This document shows, one piece after another, positions 38,590 to 48,220 of a DNA stretch of 64,000 bases. The notes below the pieces were generated by a model, which saw only the letters and a program-made list of their open reading frames with translations, had not been told where the DNA came from and ran no database searches. A program made the translations under genes and the position numbers. Each line of letters begins with the position of its first letter. Position 1 is the first letter of the stretch. The DNA comes from an uncultured Gemmatimonadota bacterium (GTDB lineage Bacteria; Gemmatimonadota; Gemmatimonadetes; Gemmatimonadales; Gemmatimonadaceae): assembly GCA_903882745.1 (NCBI GenBank), contig CAIRYG010000004.1, forward strand, positions 28,699 through 92,698, in the 5' to 3' direction.

Positions 38590-39474
38590 ATGATTGCTCG
38601 TCGCCGTGCACCCCGCCTCACGAACGTCGCCGTCATCGTACTCCTCGCCACGTCCCCCCTCGCGGCGCAGCAGCGCACCCTGCGCGTCATCACTCCCGAC
38701 AGCGTTCCCGTGTCCTACGCCTGGGTCGCCATCCAGGGACAGACGCCGCGGATCGCCGACGAGAAGGGCGTCGTGAACCTCGGGACGCTATCACCCAAGA
38801 ACTACACGGCCGATGTGCGCCGACTGGGGTACGCTCCCTTCTCCGGCCCGCTCGCGGTCGGCGACGGACAAACGCTCCTGAGTCTCACCCCACTCGCCAC
38901 GCAGATCGGAAAGGTGGCCGTAATCGGCAGCGGCCCGATGAGCATGGAAGGCTTCTATCGCCGGTGGCTCGCGCGACAGAACGGCGGTGGCTCCGGAGTG
39001 TTCATCGGGCCCGAGGAGATCGACAAAAGGAACGTCACCGACATCGCCGGGCTCCTGCGCGACCAGAACGGACTGAAGATCGAACACGCCCGCGATGGCG
39101 GCTACGTCGTGGCCGGAACGGGGAGTAACGGGTGCCAGATGGCGGTCATGCTCGACGGCCAGGTAATCAAGTCACGTGTCGAGGCGACCAGCGGGCAGTC
39201 GTCCCGCACGAGCATCGGATCGCCGCTCAACGACAAGACAACCTACATGACCCCCGGAGAGAAGGCGGCGATGCTGGGCACAAACAAGTCGGGTGTGGAA
39301 CGGAAGTTCGGGGACTATGCCGACTCCAACTCCGTCAAGATCGACCAAGTGGCATCGATCGGTTCGGTGAGTGGCATCGAGGTGTACGCGCGCACAGGCG
39401 CGCTGCCGGCCGAGCTCAACCTCACGGACAATCCGTGCGGCCTGGTCGTGATCTGGACCGGCTCGCGGAAGTAG
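38590..39474 (+). CDS. Secreted carboxypeptidase-regulatory-like plus plug-like protein without a beta-barrel
   Basis: ORF 38512..39474 trimmed to ATG 38590 (MIARRRAPRLTNVAVIVLLATSPLAAQQ signal). The layout resembles the N-terminal third of a SusC-type receptor. Paralogous in layout to 51485..52273. Confidence 0.55.
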   Translation: MIARRRAPRLTNVAVIVLLATSPLAAQQRTLRVITPDSVPVSYAWVAIQGQTPRIADEKGVVNLGTLSPKNYTADVRRLGYAPFSGPLAVGDGQTLLSLTPLATQIGKVAVIGSGPMSMEGFYRRWLARQNGGGSGVFIGPEEIDKRNVTDIAGLLRDQNGLKIEHARDGGYVVAGTGSNGCQMAVMLDGQVIKSRVEATSGQSSRTSIGSPLNDKTTYMTPGEKAAMLGTNKSGVERKFGDYADSNSVKIDQVASIGSVSGIEVYARTGALPAELNLTDNPCGLVVIWTGSRK

Positions 39475-39486
39475 GCGCTACTTCCG
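39466..39486. terminator. Palindrome cggaagtag-gcg-ctacttccg containing both convergent stop codons
   Basis: 9-bp arms with a 3-nt loop. TAG 39472-39474 (+) and TAG 39480-39478 (-). Confidence 0.35.
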
Positions 39487-40623
39487 AATCGCATGACGCA
39501 CCGCGGCGCCGGGATCCTCCGGCGCCGCGTCTGCTATGGCGATCACCCGCGCCACGGCACGGCGCACCTCCTGCCCCTCGGCGCGATACACGCCCTCAAA
39601 GTCATCCAGCCCCGTGGCATAAATCCGCCGCGCCAAGAGCGCCGAGTTGTCGAGGCGCACACGCGTCGCCACCCGCCGATCAATCGACCGCCACTGCGGA
39701 GCAATCGAGTCCACCAACAGCCTCCGCGCCTGCGCGTACACGGAGTCACGCACCGCGAGTCGTACCGCCCGCGCACTGTCGCCCGGATGCGCCGTGAACG
39801 CGGAGTCGAGTGTTCGGTACGTGCGCTCCCACACGGCGCCCAACAGCACGTCGTCCGCCCACCGGTCGGCCGACCGCCGCGCCCGAGCCGTGTCCCCGCG
39901 CGAGCGCCAGAACCGCTCCGCCCCGCGCGCCCCTACAAAACTCGCGAAGCTCTCGTTGAAGACCGCCTGCCCCTTGGCATAGAACCGGTTGTGCGTCAAC
40001 TCGTGCACCACCGTGTTCACAATGTCCAACGAGTCCTCGCCAAGTGTGGTCGAGAGCAGCGGATCGTTGAAGAACCCCAGCGTGCTGAACGCCGGCGATG
40101 GCCGCAGGTACGTATCGTAGCCCTCAGCCGCCAACGCCTGCTCCGCCTGCTTGGCCTCTGCGAAATCGAAGTAGCCGCGATACGGCACCCGCCCCACAAT
40201 CGGAAACCACCAGGTCACCGGCCGAAGCTGGTCGCGGTAGGCCCCCGACAGCACCAACACCAGCGTGTCATGCTCGAGCCGCGTGAACTGGGTGAACGCA
40301 TCCTTGGCCGGCAACCCGAGCGAGTCTTCGGCGAATCGGCGCGCCTCAAGCACCAGCCGCAACTTGGCCCGTGTCGGTGCGTCGGTCGCAGGATCAGCAA
40401 CCATCCGCTCAATCGACTGGCGACGCCACAAAATCTGGCCCTCAGCAATCGCACCACGCGCGAGATACCGCCCCATCGGCGTGACCGCCGCAAGGAGTGC
40501 GACACCGCCAAGGAGCACCACCAACAGCCGACCAATCATCCCGGCGCGAACCCTCACAAGCCTCCTCCGTGCCTCCGAGAGCCCGTTCTCAGGCGCTCCC
40601 CGTGTCCCGAATCCCCGTCTCAT
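39478..40623 (-). CDS. Putative zinc aminopeptidase (DUF2265-type, HExxH)
   Basis: VVHELTHNRFYAKG zinc motif and an N-terminal TM/signal segment. The ORF extends to TTG 40641, but ATG 40623 (MRRGFG) is preferred. The start is uncertain. Confidence 0.65.
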   Translation of the reverse strand: MRRGFGTRGAPENGLSEARRRLVRVRAGMIGRLLVVLLGGVALLAAVTPMGRYLARGAIAEGQILWRRQSIERMVADPATDAPTRAKLRLVLEARRFAEDSLGLPAKDAFTQFTRLEHDTLVLVLSGAYRDQLRPVTWWFPIVGRVPYRGYFDFAEAKQAEQALAAEGYDTYLRPSPAFSTLGFFNDPLLSTTLGEDSLDIVNTVVHELTHNRFYAKGQAVFNESFASFVGARGAERFWRSRGDTARARRSADRWADDVLLGAVWERTYRTLDSAFTAHPGDSARAVRLAVRDSVYAQARRLLVDSIAPQWRSIDRRVATRVRLDNSALLARRIYATGLDDFEGVYRAEGQEVRRAVARVIAIADAAPEDPGAAVRHAIRK

Positions 40624-40721
40624 AGAGCTAAGATATTGCAAGACAATAAGTTACGCCAATAGGCCTGAGCGCCAATTCGCTTTGACAGACCCCCCGCCTC
40701 AGCGATAACTTCTAAGGTTCA

Positions 40722-43700
40722 ATGTCATTCGTCCACCTGCACTGCCACTCCGAGTACTCGCTCCTCGACGGCGCTAACCGCATCGATGATCTCATCGCGC
40801 GCGCCATCGAGTTCGAGCAACCGGCGCTGGCCATCACCGATCACGGCAATCTGCACGCGGCCTGGGAGTTTCAGGAGAAGGCCCGCAAGCAGAAGATCAA
40901 GCCGATCATCGGGATGGAAGCATACGTCGCCCCAGGCGACCGCAGGCAGCGCGGCAAGCTTCAGGCAACGGACCGTAATTACTACCACTTGGTCCTCCTC
41001 GCCCGTGACATGCAGGGCTACAAGAACCTGATCAAGCTCTCGTCGCTGGGCTACACCGAAGGGTTCTACGGCAAGCCGCGTGTCGACCGCGAACTCCTGG
41101 CCAAGTACAGCGAGGGGATCATCGTCTCCTCGGCGTGCATGGCTGGCGAGGTGGCGCAGCACCTGCTGGCCGATCGCGCCGACGAGGCCCGCAAGGCCGC
41201 CGAGTGGTACGCCGACGTCTTCAAGGACCGCTATTACCTCGAAGTCCAAGCGCACGATGCCGGCGACCAGAAGCTGCTGAACACCAAGGTGTTCGATCTG
41301 GCCGCACGCATGAACCTCCCGGTGATCGCCACCAACGACGCGCACTTTCTCAAGGCCGACGACCACGACGCGCACGACGTGCTCCTGTGTATCGGCCTCA
41401 AGAAGGACCGGCTCGACGAAAACCGCATGCACTACGACCGGGGGCTCTACTTCAAGAGCGCGCCCGAGATTCGTGAGTACTTCGGCACGCGGCCGGACGT
41501 CCTGGAAAACACCCTGAAGATCGCCGACGAGGCGGGCTTCACCTTCGACAAGAAGTACTACGTCCCATCCTTCCCCCTCCCCGAGGGCGTGAAGACGGAA
41601 AACGATCTCCTCGTCGACCTCTCCACCAAGGGCGCGGTCGAGCGCTACGGCACACCGCTCCCGACCGAGGTGCAGGAACGGCTCGACTACGAGCTGGCCG
41701 TCATCACCAAAACCGGATACGCGGGCTACTTCCTGATCGTGGCGGACTTCATCGCCGCCGCGCGCGCTAAGGGAATCCCCGTTGGACCGGGACGTGGCTC
41801 CGCCGCCGGCTCCATCGTCGCGTACGCCACGCGCATCACCGACGTCTGTCCGCTCAAGTTCGACCTGCTGTTCGAGCGCTTCCTGAATCCCGAGCGCGTC
41901 TCGATGCCTGACATCGACGTGGACTTCTGCGAAGAGCGCCGCGGCGAGGTCATCGAGTACGTCCGCGACAAGTATGGTCGCGACTGCGTCGGCCAGATCA
42001 TCACCTTCGGAACGCTCAAGTCGCGCGCCGCCATCAAGGACGTCGGGCGCGTCCTCGGCTTCACTCCAGCCGAAACCGACACGATTGCCAAGCTGATCCC
42101 GAATCAGCCGAACTTCTCGCTGACGGTCAAAGAAGCGATCGCGCAGATTCCTGACGTCGGCAAGCTCTACGAAAACGATGAGCGCACGGCGCAGTTGCTC
42201 GACTTCGCGATCGCACTCGAAGGACTCTCGCGCCACGCCGGCGTGCACGCGGCGGGTGTGGTGATCGCCCCAGGCCCTATCGACGACTACGTGCCCGTCT
42301 GCACGCAGGACTCCAAGGGCAGCGGGAGCGACGGCGACGCCCGCGTCGTAGTCACGCAGTACGACATGAATGCGCTCGAGAAGGCCGGGATGCTCAAGAT
42401 GGACTTCCTCGGCCTCACGACGCTCACGATCATTCACGACACGCTGGAAGCGATCAAGGCCCGCGGCCGCGAGGTCCCGAACCTCGACACCCTCCCGCTC
42501 GATGACGAGGCGACGTACCGCACCCTTCGTGCAGGACGCACCGCCGGCGTCTTCCAGTTTGAGTCGCCGCTTGCCACCGACATGGTGCGCTCCATGCGCG
42601 CCGACAGCTTCGACGACCTGGTCGCCTCCAACGCCCTCATGCGCCCCGGCCCGCTCGACGCCGGGATGCACAAGACCTACTGCCGGCGCAAAAAAGGCGA
42701 GGAGCCGGTTTCGTACCAGCTCCCCGAGCTCGAAGAAATCCTCAAGCCGACCTACGGCGTCATCACCTACCAAGAACAGGTGATGCGTATCGCGCAGCGC
42801 TTGGCGGGCATCTCGCTCGCCGAAGCAGACGTGCTGCGAAAAGCGGTCGGCAAGAAAGACGCCGAGCTCATCAAGAAGGAACTCGACAAGTTCGTCACCA
42901 AGTCTGTCGAGCGCGGCTTCGATCGCAAGATCATCAACGACATCTCGGGACAGATCGAAACGTTCGGCCGCTACGGCTTCAACAAGTCGCACTCGGTCGC
43001 CTACTCGGTGTTGTCGTACCACACCGCATATCTCAAGGTCCACTTCCCCGCCGAGTTCATGGCTGCGCTGCTGTCAGCGTGCATCGGCGATACCGACTCG
43101 GTGGTCAAGTACATCAACGAAGCCCGCGACCTCGGCCTCGAGATCCTCCCGCCCGATGTCAATGAGTCGGGCTACAAGTTCACCGTTATCAGCGACACCC
43201 GTATCCGATTCGGATTGGGGGCGGTACGCAATGTCGGACGCGGTGCCATCGACTCGATTATCGCCGGCCGCGTTGTCGACACCGCAAAAAAGCCATACGA
43301 CACGCTCTATGATTTCGCGGAGCGCGTCGACCTCCGCGTGTGCAACAAGCGTGTCTTCGAAGCGCTCATTTACTCGGGCGCTGTCGACGGCCTGAACGGA
43401 CATCGCGCACAGTTCGCCGCTGCCACCGACGGCGCCATGCAAGCCGCGTCGCTCGCCCAAGTGGAACTCGCCACCGGCCAAGGCTCGCTCTTCGGTGACG
43501 CCAGCCCCTCGGCGGCGACCCCGAATGCGCAACTCCGCCCCACCCTCCCGAATCTCCAACCCCTGAGCGAGCACGAACGGCTCACCAAGGAAAAAGAGAT
43601 TCTCGGCTTCTACATCTCGGGACACCCGCTCGAACCCTTCCGCGCCGAGTGCGAACTGCTCGCGTCGCACTCGGTCTCGCAGCTCGGGCCGTGGACCGAA

Positions 43701-44219
43701 CAGCAAATGCAGCTCACGGTCGTGGTCACCACGATTCGGAAGCAAATCAGCAAGAAGTCCGGCAATGAATTTGCCCGACTGACCATCGAAGATTTCTCGG
43801 GGTCCGCCGAAGTGTTGGTGTTCCCCGAAGCATGGGCCGCCATCGGCGACCGTGTGCACGCAGACGTTCCGGTCATGCTCAAGGGTGGGTACTCCAAGCG
43901 TGACCAGACCGCGGACACGCCGACATTCATCGTGGAGTCCATCACGCGTCTCGCCGAACTGCGCACAACTGGGCAGATTTCGGTGGCGCTCGAACTCTCG
44001 CAAGCCGAACCCGTCGATACGGCGGTCATGAACGACATTCGCGCGGTGGTCGACGCCCATCCTGGCGCCGCCCCGCTTGAAGTCTGCTGGAATGGCACTG
44101 ACGGCACGCGCGCCACCTGGCGCTCGGCCTCACTCACGCTGTCCCCTGCGTCTGCCGCCCTCTTGGAGCTGCGCGCGCTCCTCGGGACGGAGCGCGTGCG
44201 CCTCGTGCGCGGGAGCTGA
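40722..44219 (+). CDS. dnaE: DNA polymerase III alpha subunit
   Basis: PHP domain MSFVHLHCHSEYSLLDGA, ITDHGNL, 1165 aa with the polymerase core and an OB-fold C-terminal region. Confidence 0.97.
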   Translation: MSFVHLHCHSEYSLLDGANRIDDLIARAIEFEQPALAITDHGNLHAAWEFQEKARKQKIKPIIGMEAYVAPGDRRQRGKLQATDRNYYHLVLLARDMQGYKNLIKLSSLGYTEGFYGKPRVDRELLAKYSEGIIVSSACMAGEVAQHLLADRADEARKAAEWYADVFKDRYYLEVQAHDAGDQKLLNTKVFDLAARMNLPVIATNDAHFLKADDHDAHDVLLCIGLKKDRLDENRMHYDRGLYFKSAPEIREYFGTRPDVLENTLKIADEAGFTFDKKYYVPSFPLPEGVKTENDLLVDLSTKGAVERYGTPLPTEVQERLDYELAVITKTGYAGYFLIVADFIAAARAKGIPVGPGRGSAAGSIVAYATRITDVCPLKFDLLFERFLNPERVSMPDIDVDFCEERRGEVIEYVRDKYGRDCVGQIITFGTLKSRAAIKDVGRVLGFTPAETDTIAKLIPNQPNFSLTVKEAIAQIPDVGKLYENDERTAQLLDFAIALEGLSRHAGVHAAGVVIAPGPIDDYVPVCTQDSKGSGSDGDARVVVTQYDMNALEKAGMLKMDFLGLTTLTIIHDTLEAIKARGREVPNLDTLPLDDEATYRTLRAGRTAGVFQFESPLATDMVRSMRADSFDDLVASNALMRPGPLDAGMHKTYCRRKKGEEPVSYQLPELEEILKPTYGVITYQEQVMRIAQRLAGISLAEADVLRKAVGKKDAELIKKELDKFVTKSVERGFDRKIINDISGQIETFGRYGFNKSHSVAYSVLSYHTAYLKVHFPAEFMAALLSACIGDTDSVVKYINEARDLGLEILPPDVNESGYKFTVISDTRIRFGLGAVRNVGRGAIDSIIAGRVVDTAKKPYDTLYDFAERVDLRVCNKRVFEALIYSGAVDGLNGHRAQFAAATDGAMQAASLAQVELATGQGSLFGDASPSAATPNAQLRPTLPNLQPLSEHERLTKEKEILGFYISGHPLEPFRAECELLASHSVSQLGPWTEQQMQLTVVVTTIRKQISKKSGNEFARLTIEDFSGSAEVLVFPEAWAAIGDRVHADVPVMLKGGYSKRDQTADTPTFIVESITRLAELRTTGQISVALELSQAEPVDTAVMNDIRAVVDAHPGAAPLEVCWNGTDGTRATWRSASLTLSPASAALLELRALLGTERVRLVRGS

Positions 44220-44220
44220 C

Positions 44221-45186
44221 ATGGGTACCTCTGCATTGGAATTCGAGAAGCCGCTCGCCGAGATCGAGAAACAGATCGAGGAACTCCGTCGCATGGCGGA
44301 AGAGCGCGAGATCAGCGTCGATCGCGAGATCGAACCGCTGCAGGCGAAACTCGGCACGCTCCGCAAGGAGATTTACGAGAACCTCACCCCCGTGCAGCGG
44401 GTGCAGGTCGCGCGCAGTCCGCGTCGCCCCTTCACGCTCGACTATCTGCGCCTCGCCTTCACGGACTGGATCGAGGTCCACGGCGATCGCGCGTTCCGTG
44501 ACGATCCCGCGATTGTCGGTGGCTGGGCGCGCCTCGATGGCGAGACTGTCATGGTCATCGGCCAGCAACGCGGGCGTGACACAAAAGAGAACTTGCACCG
44601 CAACTTCGGGATGCCACACCCCGAGGGCTATCGCAAGGCGCTGCGTCTTATGAAGCTCGCGGAGAAATTTCACGTCCCGATTGTGACCTTCATCGACACC
44701 CCGGGCGCGTGGGCCGGACTGGGCGCCGAGGAACGCGGTCAGAGCGAAGCGATCGCGCGCAACCTCCTTGAGATGAGCCAACTCAAGGTGCCCATCATCG
44801 CGACCGTGATTGGCGAAGGGGGATCCGGTGGCGCGCTCGCGCTCTCCGTGGCCGATCGCATTCTGATGCTGCAGAACTCCGTCTGCTCGGTGATCACGGT
44901 GGAAGGGTGCGCCGCGATTCTCTGGAAGGACGGGAAGAGCCAAGAGATGCGCGAGAAAGCCGCGACCGCACTCAAGATTACCGCCACCGATTTGCTTGAG
45001 CTCCGGGTGATCGATGAGATTATTCCTGAGCCCGAGGGCGGCGCGCACACCAATCACGAGGTCACGGCGGCCGCACTCCGCGAAGTGTTGATCCGCAATC
45101 TCGACGAGTTGCGCCGCCTCAAGCCCGACAAGCTCGTCCGACGCCGCCGCGAGAAGTTCCTGCGCATGGGGCAGTTCGAGGAATGA
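44221..45186 (+). CDS. accA: Acetyl-CoA carboxylase carboxyltransferase alpha subunit
   Basis: ORF 44077..45186 trimmed to ATG 44221 (MGTSALEFEKPLAEIEKQIEELR). FIDTPGAWAGLGAEERGQSEAIARNL, GEGGSGGALAL. Confidence 0.95.
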   Translation: MGTSALEFEKPLAEIEKQIEELRRMAEEREISVDREIEPLQAKLGTLRKEIYENLTPVQRVQVARSPRRPFTLDYLRLAFTDWIEVHGDRAFRDDPAIVGGWARLDGETVMVIGQQRGRDTKENLHRNFGMPHPEGYRKALRLMKLAEKFHVPIVTFIDTPGAWAGLGAEERGQSEAIARNLLEMSQLKVPIIATVIGEGGSGGALALSVADRILMLQNSVCSVITVEGCAAILWKDGKSQEMREKAATALKITATDLLELRVIDEIIPEPEGGAHTNHEVTAAALREVLIRNLDELRRLKPDKLVRRRREKFLRMGQFEE

Positions 45187-45205
45187 CCACGCCCGCCATG
45201 AGCGT

Positions 45206-46582
45206 ATGCCGCAACTGATCGAAGTCGAGTTTAAAGGCAACCGCCGCGATTTCTTCCTCTGGCCATTCGACGAAGCCCCGACGCTCAAAACGCCGGTCAT
45301 CGTCGACGTGGAGCGGGGCGAAGACCTCGGTCGCGTCTGTGCCACGGGCGACACGGCCAAGGTGCGCAAGAGCGGCACCACCCACGGCAAAGCCGCGCCG
45401 AGCAAGTCGCCGGCCGCGCTTCGTGCAGCGAACGCGGTTGAAATCACGCGCGCCGCTGAGCTGCGGACGGATGAAGAATCCGTGCGTCGACAGTCGATTG
45501 ATATGGTGCGTGCGCTTCACCTCGACATGAAAATCTCGGACGTCGAGTGGCAGTTCGATCGCAAGCAACTCACGGTGTATTTCACCGCCGAGAAGCGCGT
45601 CGATTTCCGGACGCTCGTGCGCCAAATCGAAACGACATTCTCGACGCGCGTGCACATGTGGCATATCGGGGTGCGTGACGAAGCCCGTCGCTTGGACGGC
45701 ATCGGTCGCTGCGGCCGCCAGTTCTGCAGCGCGAGCTGGCTCCCCGATTTGCGTCCCGTGAAGTCGAGCGTGGCCAAAGATCAGCGCCTCTCGACGCTCA
45801 ACCCCGCACAAATCTCCGGCACCTGCGGCCGTCTCATGTGCTGCCTGCGCTACGAGCATGAGTTTTACGTGCAGCAGCGCAAGAAATTCCCGAAGGAAGG
45901 GAAGATCGTGACCACAGTTGCTGGCGAAGAAAAGATCGTCTCCAACGATATTTTCCGCGAAACCGTCACTTTGCGAAATCCCGCCGGGGATTTCCGCGTC
46001 GTGCCGCTCGCGCAGTTCCGGCAGGAGCTCGCCGACGCCGCCGCCGGGCCGATCGAATCCGACCTCGAGACGAGTGCCACCGACGATGACGACGAGGAGG
46101 AGGGCGGGTCGCCCTCGCGTCGCCAACAGCCAGACCGTGGCGAGCGCACACCAAGTGCCCCGCGAAACGCAGGACAGCAGAAGCAACGCCCACCGCGCGC
46201 CGAAAAAGCGCCGCGTGCGGAACGGCCGGAACGTGCGGAACGGCCGGAACGTCCAGAGCGCCCCGCACGCCCGCCGCGCGGGGAGCGGCCCGTACGTGAC
46301 GCTGCGCCGCCGCGCCGTGAACCGCTTCCCATGGCTCCGACCGTCGTTCCACCGGTCGACAACACCGACGACGACGCAGCAGACGAGCTGACCCTAGAGT
46401 CCAACACCGAGAACCCGGGCGGCACCGCAGAAACCGGCGACGCCGCAGAGCAACAGCGCCGCCGCCGGCGACGCCGCGGGCGCCGTGGTGGGCGCCGCGG
46501 TGGTCAGGGTGGCCCCAACGGATCGTCCACCGACGGACCGGGCGGTGCCCCAGATGCCCCTCCTTCCCCAAGCGCAGGCTGA
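45206..46582 (+). CDS. PSP1 domain protein (RicT/YaaT-like) with a long low-complexity C-terminal extension
   Basis: N-terminal two-thirds is PSP1-like (KQLTVYFTAEKRVDFRTLVRQIETTFSTRVHMWHIGVRDEAR, cysteine cluster GRCGRQFCSASWL ... CGRLMCCLRYE). The last 170 aa or so are E/R/P/G-rich. Confidence 0.8.
   Translation: MPQLIEVEFKGNRRDFFLWPFDEAPTLKTPVIVDVERGEDLGRVCATGDTAKVRKSGTTHGKAAPSKSPAALRAANAVEITRAAELRTDEESVRRQSIDMVRALHLDMKISDVEWQFDRKQLTVYFTAEKRVDFRTLVRQIETTFSTRVHMWHIGVRDEARRLDGIGRCGRQFCSASWLPDLRPVKSSVAKDQRLSTLNPAQISGTCGRLMCCLRYEHEFYVQQRKKFPKEGKIVTTVAGEEKIVSNDIFRETVTLRNPAGDFRVVPLAQFRQELADAAAGPIESDLETSATDDDDEEEGGSPSRRQQPDRGERTPSAPRNAGQQKQRPPRAEKAPRAERPERAERPERPERPARPPRGERPVRDAAPPRREPLPMAPTVVPPVDNTDDDAADELTLESNTENPGGTAETGDAAEQQRRRRRRRGRRGGRRGGQGGPNGSSTDGPGGAPDAPPSPSAG
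46214..46249 (+). repeat. 18-nt perfect tandem repeat x2 (degenerate continuation to about 46262) encoding RAERPE/RAERPE
   Basis: cgtgcggaacggccggaa repeated exactly, in frame within the PSP1-protein tail. Confidence 0.9.
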
Positions 46583-46583
46583 C

Positions 46584-48143
46584 GTGAGCACCGATCGGTT
46601 CTTCATCACCACCGCCATCGATTACGCCAACGGCGACCCGCATTTCGGCCACGCGCTCGAAAAAGTCGGAGCCGACGCCATCGCGCGCGCCCATCGCCAG
46701 ATGGGACGTGACGTGCACTTTCTGATCGGGATGGACGAACACGGCCAGAAAGTCGCGCAATCCGCCACGGCGCGCGGTATCGCCCCGCAAGCCTACGTCG
46801 ACGAAGTCGCCGCCACCTTCCACGCTATGTGGGACCTGCTCGGCGTGTCGTACGATCAGTTCATTCGCACCACCGACGCACCCCACAAGTCTGGCGTGCG
46901 GGCGCTGATCAAGCGCATTCACGAGTCCGCCCCCGATTCGTTCTACCAGAAAGCCTACGAAGGGTGGTACTGCGTCGGCTGTGAACTCTTCAAGCGCGAC
47001 GACGAAGTCGCCGATGGCAAGTGCGTGCTCCATCCGACCCGCGAGCTCCAGTGGACGAAGGAGCGGAACTGGTTCTTCCGCCTCTCCAAGTACCAGAAGT
47101 TCATCGAGAATTTGCTCGCGACCAAACCGCACTTTATCCAACCCGAGTCGCGGCGCAATGAGATCCTCGCGCTGCTCGCGCAGGGACTCGAGGATATCTC
47201 CATCACGCGCTCGCGTCTCGACTGGGCGATTCCCTTCCCCCTGCCGACCGACGACGATCAGCCGCAGGGGACCTGGGTCTGGTTCGACGCCCTCCCGAAC
47301 TACCTGACGGCCACCGGATATCCCAACGCGGGATGGAAGTCCAAGTGGCCCGCGCAGCTCCACGTGGTGGGCAAAGACATCACCCGCCTCCACGTGGTTG
47401 TGTGGCCGGCAATGCTGCAGGCCGCGGAGCTGCCGCTCCCCGAGCGGGTGTGGGCGCACGGCTTTCTGTCCTTCGGCGGCGAGCGCTTCTCCAAGTCCGC
47501 CGGCGTCAAAGCCGACCTGCACGAAGCGATCGCCCGCTACGGCGCCGACGCCTTCCGCTATTTCCTCCTCCGCGAAATTCCGTTCGACGGCGACGGCTCC
47601 TTCTCGTGGGAACGCTTCGACGCGGTCTACACCTCGGAACTCGCCAACGGACTCGGCAACCTCGCGAGCCGCACCATCGCGATGGTTGAGAAGTACTGCG
47701 AGGGTGTGGTGCCCAGCGTCGACCCGACGGACACATGCCTGGCGCTCGATGCGGCGGAGTGCGCCGACCTCGCCGCCGCCATCACGACCATTGATGGCTC
47801 GCGTGGCTACCTCTGCCACGAGTCACTCGACACGGTGGCCCGCCTCACCGTGCGCGCAAATGGCTTTATCCAGCAAACCCAGCCGTGGGTGATCGCCAAG
47901 GACCCGGCCCGCAAGGCGGAGCTCGACGCGGTTCTCGCCGCACTCATTCGTTCCCTCGCCCGTCAAGCGAGCTGGCTCGCCCCGTTCATGCCCACCAAGG
48001 CCCAAGAACTCTGGACCCAGATCGGTGGCGCCGGATCAGTACACGACACCCGCTTCGCCGACCTGGAGCAGCTGTCGGTCGCGGGCTGGACGGTCACCAA
48101 GGGGACCGGCATGTTCCCCCGCCCCGAGCCGCCCAAGGCATAA
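46584..48143 (+). CDS. metG: Methionine-tRNA ligase (short form)
   Basis: ORF 46485..48143 trimmed to GTG 46584, right after the upstream stop. HIGH-type motif DPHFGHAL and KMSKS-type motif RFSKSAG. Confidence 0.95.
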   Translation: MSTDRFFITTAIDYANGDPHFGHALEKVGADAIARAHRQMGRDVHFLIGMDEHGQKVAQSATARGIAPQAYVDEVAATFHAMWDLLGVSYDQFIRTTDAPHKSGVRALIKRIHESAPDSFYQKAYEGWYCVGCELFKRDDEVADGKCVLHPTRELQWTKERNWFFRLSKYQKFIENLLATKPHFIQPESRRNEILALLAQGLEDISITRSRLDWAIPFPLPTDDDQPQGTWVWFDALPNYLTATGYPNAGWKSKWPAQLHVVGKDITRLHVVVWPAMLQAAELPLPERVWAHGFLSFGGERFSKSAGVKADLHEAIARYGADAFRYFLLREIPFDGDGSFSWERFDAVYTSELANGLGNLASRTIAMVEKYCEGVVPSVDPTDTCLALDAAECADLAAAITTIDGSRGYLCHESLDTVARLTVRANGFIQQTQPWVIAKDPARKAELDAVLAALIRSLARQASWLAPFMPTKAQELWTQIGGAGSVHDTRFADLEQLSVAGWTVTKGTGMFPRPEPPKA

Positions 48144-48220
48144 TCGCGCGGCGGGGAGGCTCGGCCCCGAGCGCCACGCCGCTTGCCGGGCCGAATCAGC
48201 CCCCGTAGTGTTACAAGGAC

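Noticed and set aside
40682-40710. Sigma-70-like promoter TTGACA-N17-ATAACT upstream of dnaE
   Set aside because: The -10 element ends only 11 nt before the dnaE ATG. The predicted start would cut off the AAGG SD and give a leader of about 5 nt, so the match may be fortuitous. It would need 5-prime end mapping.
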